Of a DNA stretch of 64,000 nucleotides, positions 61,901-64,000 are shown piece by piece. The DNA is from Porphyridium purpureum. Its lineage: Eukaryota. Every line of letters begins with the position of its first letter. Within the stretch, counting starts at the first letter, position 1. The position numbers and the translations under genes were made by a program. The notes under the pieces were generated by a model. The model worked only from the letters and a program-made list of their open reading frames with translations. It ran no database searches and was not told the DNA's origin. The stretch spans positions 310,001 to 374,000 of the forward strand of contig VRMN01000008.1 in NCBI GenBank assembly GCA_008690995.1. The letters are read 5' to 3'.

Positions 61901-64000
61901 GAAGGAATCATCATTACTAGCGCTTCTCAAATGCAGTTTTATTTGAGTCTGCTGAATCAACAGCTGCCTATTGAGTCACAGCTCATGACAAGATTCACTG
62001 ACTCGCTCAATGCTGAAATAGCCATGCGCAATGTGTCTTCGATTGCTGACGGCGCTGAGTGGCTTGGGTATACGTACTATGGGACGCGAATGATGCGCAG
62101 TCCTTCGCTGTACGGAGTGTCATGCATCGCGCATTCTGAGCAGGATGCAATCACAATTCAGTCGCGGCGGCGGATGGATTTGATCCATTCGGCGTGCATC
62201 AAACTTGAGCGTGCAGGGCTTGTGCGCTACGACAAGAAAAAGCTGGTTGTGGGTCCAACTGAACTGGGTCGTATTGCCAGTGAGTACTACATTTCAAGCG
62301 CGTCGATGGCGGCGTACGTACAACACCTCAAGGCTGACATAAGCGTGATGGATTTGCTACGCGTGTTTAGCATGAGCGCCGAATTCCGAAGTGTCCGCGT
62401 GCGACAGGAAGAGAAGATGGAGTTAAAGCGTCTTGCGGAACGTGTACCGTATCCGCTTGTGGACGGCGGGAATGCCATGCTGGCCGACTCGGGATCGGCG
62501 ATCCTAGCGGGCCAGACCGTCGATGGAAGCAACGATAAAGTGGTTGTTCTGCTTCAGGCATACATTTCGCGGCTAACACTTGACGGACTTGTGCTTGCTG
62601 CAGATATGGTATATGTTACACAGTCTGCGGCTCGCATCGCGCGCGCTTTGTTCGACCTCGTGCTGCGGCGCAGATGGGCACAGGCCGCCGAAAAGTGTCT
62701 CAGCCTCTACAAAATGATCAAATGGCGGCAGTGGAACGTAGAATCGCCGCTGCGACAGTTTGGAAGCGCAGGTGCAGTAGGTCCAGATCATCATCGCATT
62801 GCAGTTCCAACCGAACTGCTTCGTAAGCTTGAGCGCAAGGATATGGAGCTGGAGCGCTTTTTTGACCTTGACGAGAAGCAGTTGGGCGATTTTTTGAGAA
62901 ATGCAAAGTTGGGCACTCTCACATTTCGCTTGCTCCACCATCTGCCATATCTCGACGTCACCGCACGCGTCCGTCCAGTTACTCCTCATCTCTTGGATGT
63001 CGAGCTCAACTTAGTACCGGACTTTGTGTTTGATGGGGCGCGCTTCCATGCTGCTGGGCAGGCTTTCTGGGTCTGGGTAGAGGATGCTGACGCCGACATG
63101 ATTCTTTTCGCTAAACAGGTCTTCATCCGGGCTGCGCTGGCTCATGAAGAGCATGCGCTCAAGTTTACCGTCGCATTACAGCAGCAATCACAGCAGCAAC
63201 AATCGGTGCGTTCAGTTGACCCGTACTATTTTGTTCATGTCATGAGCGATTCGTGGATATCGCGTGACGTGGTCGTGCCCCTCTCACTTCGGAGCTTGGA
63301 ATTACCGCAAGTGTTCGAGCTGCGAACCAAAGTACATGCGGATCCGTCTGCGACTCGCGGTGAGCAAAGTACGCTCCGTGCCACGACCGAGTTGGCAGCG
63401 ATCAAGTCCCAAATTGAAGGGGAGCTTGAGAGCAGTGGTCATGACGTCGTTCCAAGTGGCGGCATCTATCAGTGGCGAAAAAATGTACTGGAGGCTGTGC
63501 TGATGCATGTGCAAACGAACCTCGCCATTTCGCGTCTCAACGTAATCCAGTCGCGGGTGTTTGATTCAATATTTTGCACCGATGCCAACTGCTTTGTGTC
63601 CATGCCCGGTGGCAGCGGCAGGGGTGTTCTGATTGACCTTTGCATTGCCCGTGCATTTTGGTCAAAGCCGCGTGCAGTATGTGTCGTGTTAGCGGCTTAT
63701 GGTGACACGGCTGCTGTCCGTCGAAGGGAGCAACTCGCCTCGGGCATCGCGCGCCTACTGGGCATTGCCGCAAATGTGCACGTATTGACGGGAGATCTCA
63801 GCTCCGACTTTAAGTTACTTGAAAGCGGTGATTCAGGCGCGATTTTGGTCGTCACTCCAACGGCGTGGGACATGCTCTCAAGGCGATGGAAGCAGCGCAA
63901 ATCCATTGTGCGCATCGATCTTTTCATCGCAGATCATGTCGAATTGGTAGGCTCCTTTGATCTGGATGGTAGTGCAAGCGGATCCGGTTTATCCCAGCGG
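58973..64000 (+). CDS. BRR2: U5 snRNP 200-kDa Ski2-like helicase Brr2, 3' end outside window (absent from ORF track because it has no stop in the window)
   Basis: TGE..L..RMGDRA, YVPRTE..AYEHLLAFVQKKLGD, GSHF..LPKGTFRVKKKDCEEVHVPA, CAPTGAGKTNVA, DEIH, GLSATLPN, QMMGRAGRPQFD, Sec63 region, second degenerate cassette. Confidence 0.93.
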   Translation, partial: MMRAHARQLREKAAQPPNEEDADVPAPLTGEAGALVAGRLPGRMGDRAHVGLAPRRPQRSPKIVANDGKQKSGAGADGGRHASLAHRKAHSGATHPGRNQPRDVLDASVADMLDHEVALAETYVPRTEAAQQAYEHLLAFVQKKLGDYPIDVLSSAACEVIAALRAHSGKAFPPGDTNDGQALREGSQTIGKDKVSAILGALSDADVAMLGMFAGAMDDFEEQRDGRNQDEEPEELEMTLNLDGAEDAEGERDDESLSGAEQDVSEEDVVEAGESEFVHEKGVSDDDASINSAMTYSDHSSPSGSVIRGPPDLDDGVPPEVSGAGPECGNLLDLLTDFFPVVSTRQAIGARLYEELRCAEDVFEDDQGSRKLYSQLEAIVGDGKATLVELLIRYRSHFVKEHERNLISNGAMAQEPASADGFAAVMCENGNMEFQEKGKRKCKRLRDPLAGENSEKSGSGDEVGSHHSVRQNADASISLLGEEKTKKKRRKKDLDAMARKNFPGQSHADRGLNIVDIDGLFFDRGSHFVSSTSVELPKGTFRVKKKDCEEVHVPAIPSRKMGGAPKLVSVEDMSPLAREAFTGTTHLNRVQSEVYPCAFESDENMLVCAPTGAGKTNVAMMCILRLVVREPLENLRVVYIAPMKALVSEVVGNLSRRLAYLGISVAELTGDASLSRRQMDSTHVVVSTPEKWDILTRKTAQGVRSLAYNVRLMIIDEIHLLHDERGPVLESIVARVRRCVTQGSMNTRVVGLSATLPNVEDVGAFLGCSQESSSRQKSVFHFDASFRPCPLQSVYVGVQKGSGWKRLQSMNEIAYEHVRAQLEASASAQVIVFVHSRKETATTAKYFRESAREQGVLDRLFMVPNSASQNIVHSELGTVRNAVLRDVMGSSGIGIHHAGLAAADRALTEDLFADGHLRVLVSTATLAWGVNLPAHAIVIKGTKVYSPEKGTWVELSPIDVMQMMGRAGRPQFDSFGEGIIITSASQMQFYLSLLNQQLPIESQLMTRFTDSLNAEIAMRNVSSIADGAEWLGYTYYGTRMMRSPSLYGVSCIAHSEQDAITIQSRRRMDLIHSACIKLERAGLVRYDKKKLVVGPTELGRIASEYYISSASMAAYVQHLKADISVMDLLRVFSMSAEFRSVRVRQEEKMELKRLAERVPYPLVDGGNAMLADSGSAILAGQTVDGSNDKVVVLLQAYISRLTLDGLVLAADMVYVTQSAARIARALFDLVLRRRWAQAAEKCLSLYKMIKWRQWNVESPLRQFGSAGAVGPDHHRIAVPTELLRKLERKDMELERFFDLDEKQLGDFLRNAKLGTLTFRLLHHLPYLDVTARVRPVTPHLLDVELNLVPDFVFDGARFHAAGQAFWVWVEDADADMILFAKQVFIRAALAHEEHALKFTVALQQQSQQQQSVRSVDPYYFVHVMSDSWISRDVVVPLSLRSLELPQVFELRTKVHADPSATRGEQSTLRATTELAAIKSQIEGELESSGHDVVPSGGIYQWRKNVLEAVLMHVQTNLAISRLNVIQSRVFDSIFCTDANCFVSMPGGSGRGVLIDLCIARAFWSKPRAVCVVLAAYGDTAAVRRREQLASGIARLLGIAANVHVLTGDLSSDFKLLESGDSGAILVVTPTAWDMLSRRWKQRKSIVRIDLFIADHVELVGSFDLDGSASGSGLSQR

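Noticed and set aside
63540..64000. Degenerate Walker A/B (MPGGSGRG, ADHVE) in the second Brr2 cassette
   Set aside because: The C-terminal cassette of Brr2 is known to be catalytically inactive; not novel

Overview
Eukaryotic, gene-dense, intron-poor nuclear DNA. The inference is a compact red-algal genome (Porphyridium-like), based on plastid-type transit peptides and very short intergenic gaps. Host genes in order: 3' end of a TRAP-beta-like gene, a SHAQKYF Myb factor, ER Hsp70 (GRP170/HYOU1), a giant ZNFX1-like helicase/triple-AAA gene with a near-identical partial duplicate, an ALMT/FUSC-like transporter, TMF1 golgin, an SMP-C2 protein, a membrane-anchored DUF2252 protein, a divergent DDB1-like propeller, DUF427, an F-box/LRR protein, mitochondrial rpS14, a CRM/YhbY protein, SWR1 and Brr2 (runs off the window). 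Mobile DNA: a decayed Tc1/mariner (DD34E) transposase and a young Ty1/copia (GalEa-like) element with identical 259-bp LTRs and a TTGTA target duplication. Nearly invisible in the ORF track, a decayed IS607-family element sits between SWR1 and Brr2. It encodes a serine-recombinase TnpA and a Fanzor2/TnpB RNA-guided nuclease, followed by a structured candidate omega-RNA. All family calls come from motif recognition by eye, not database searches.
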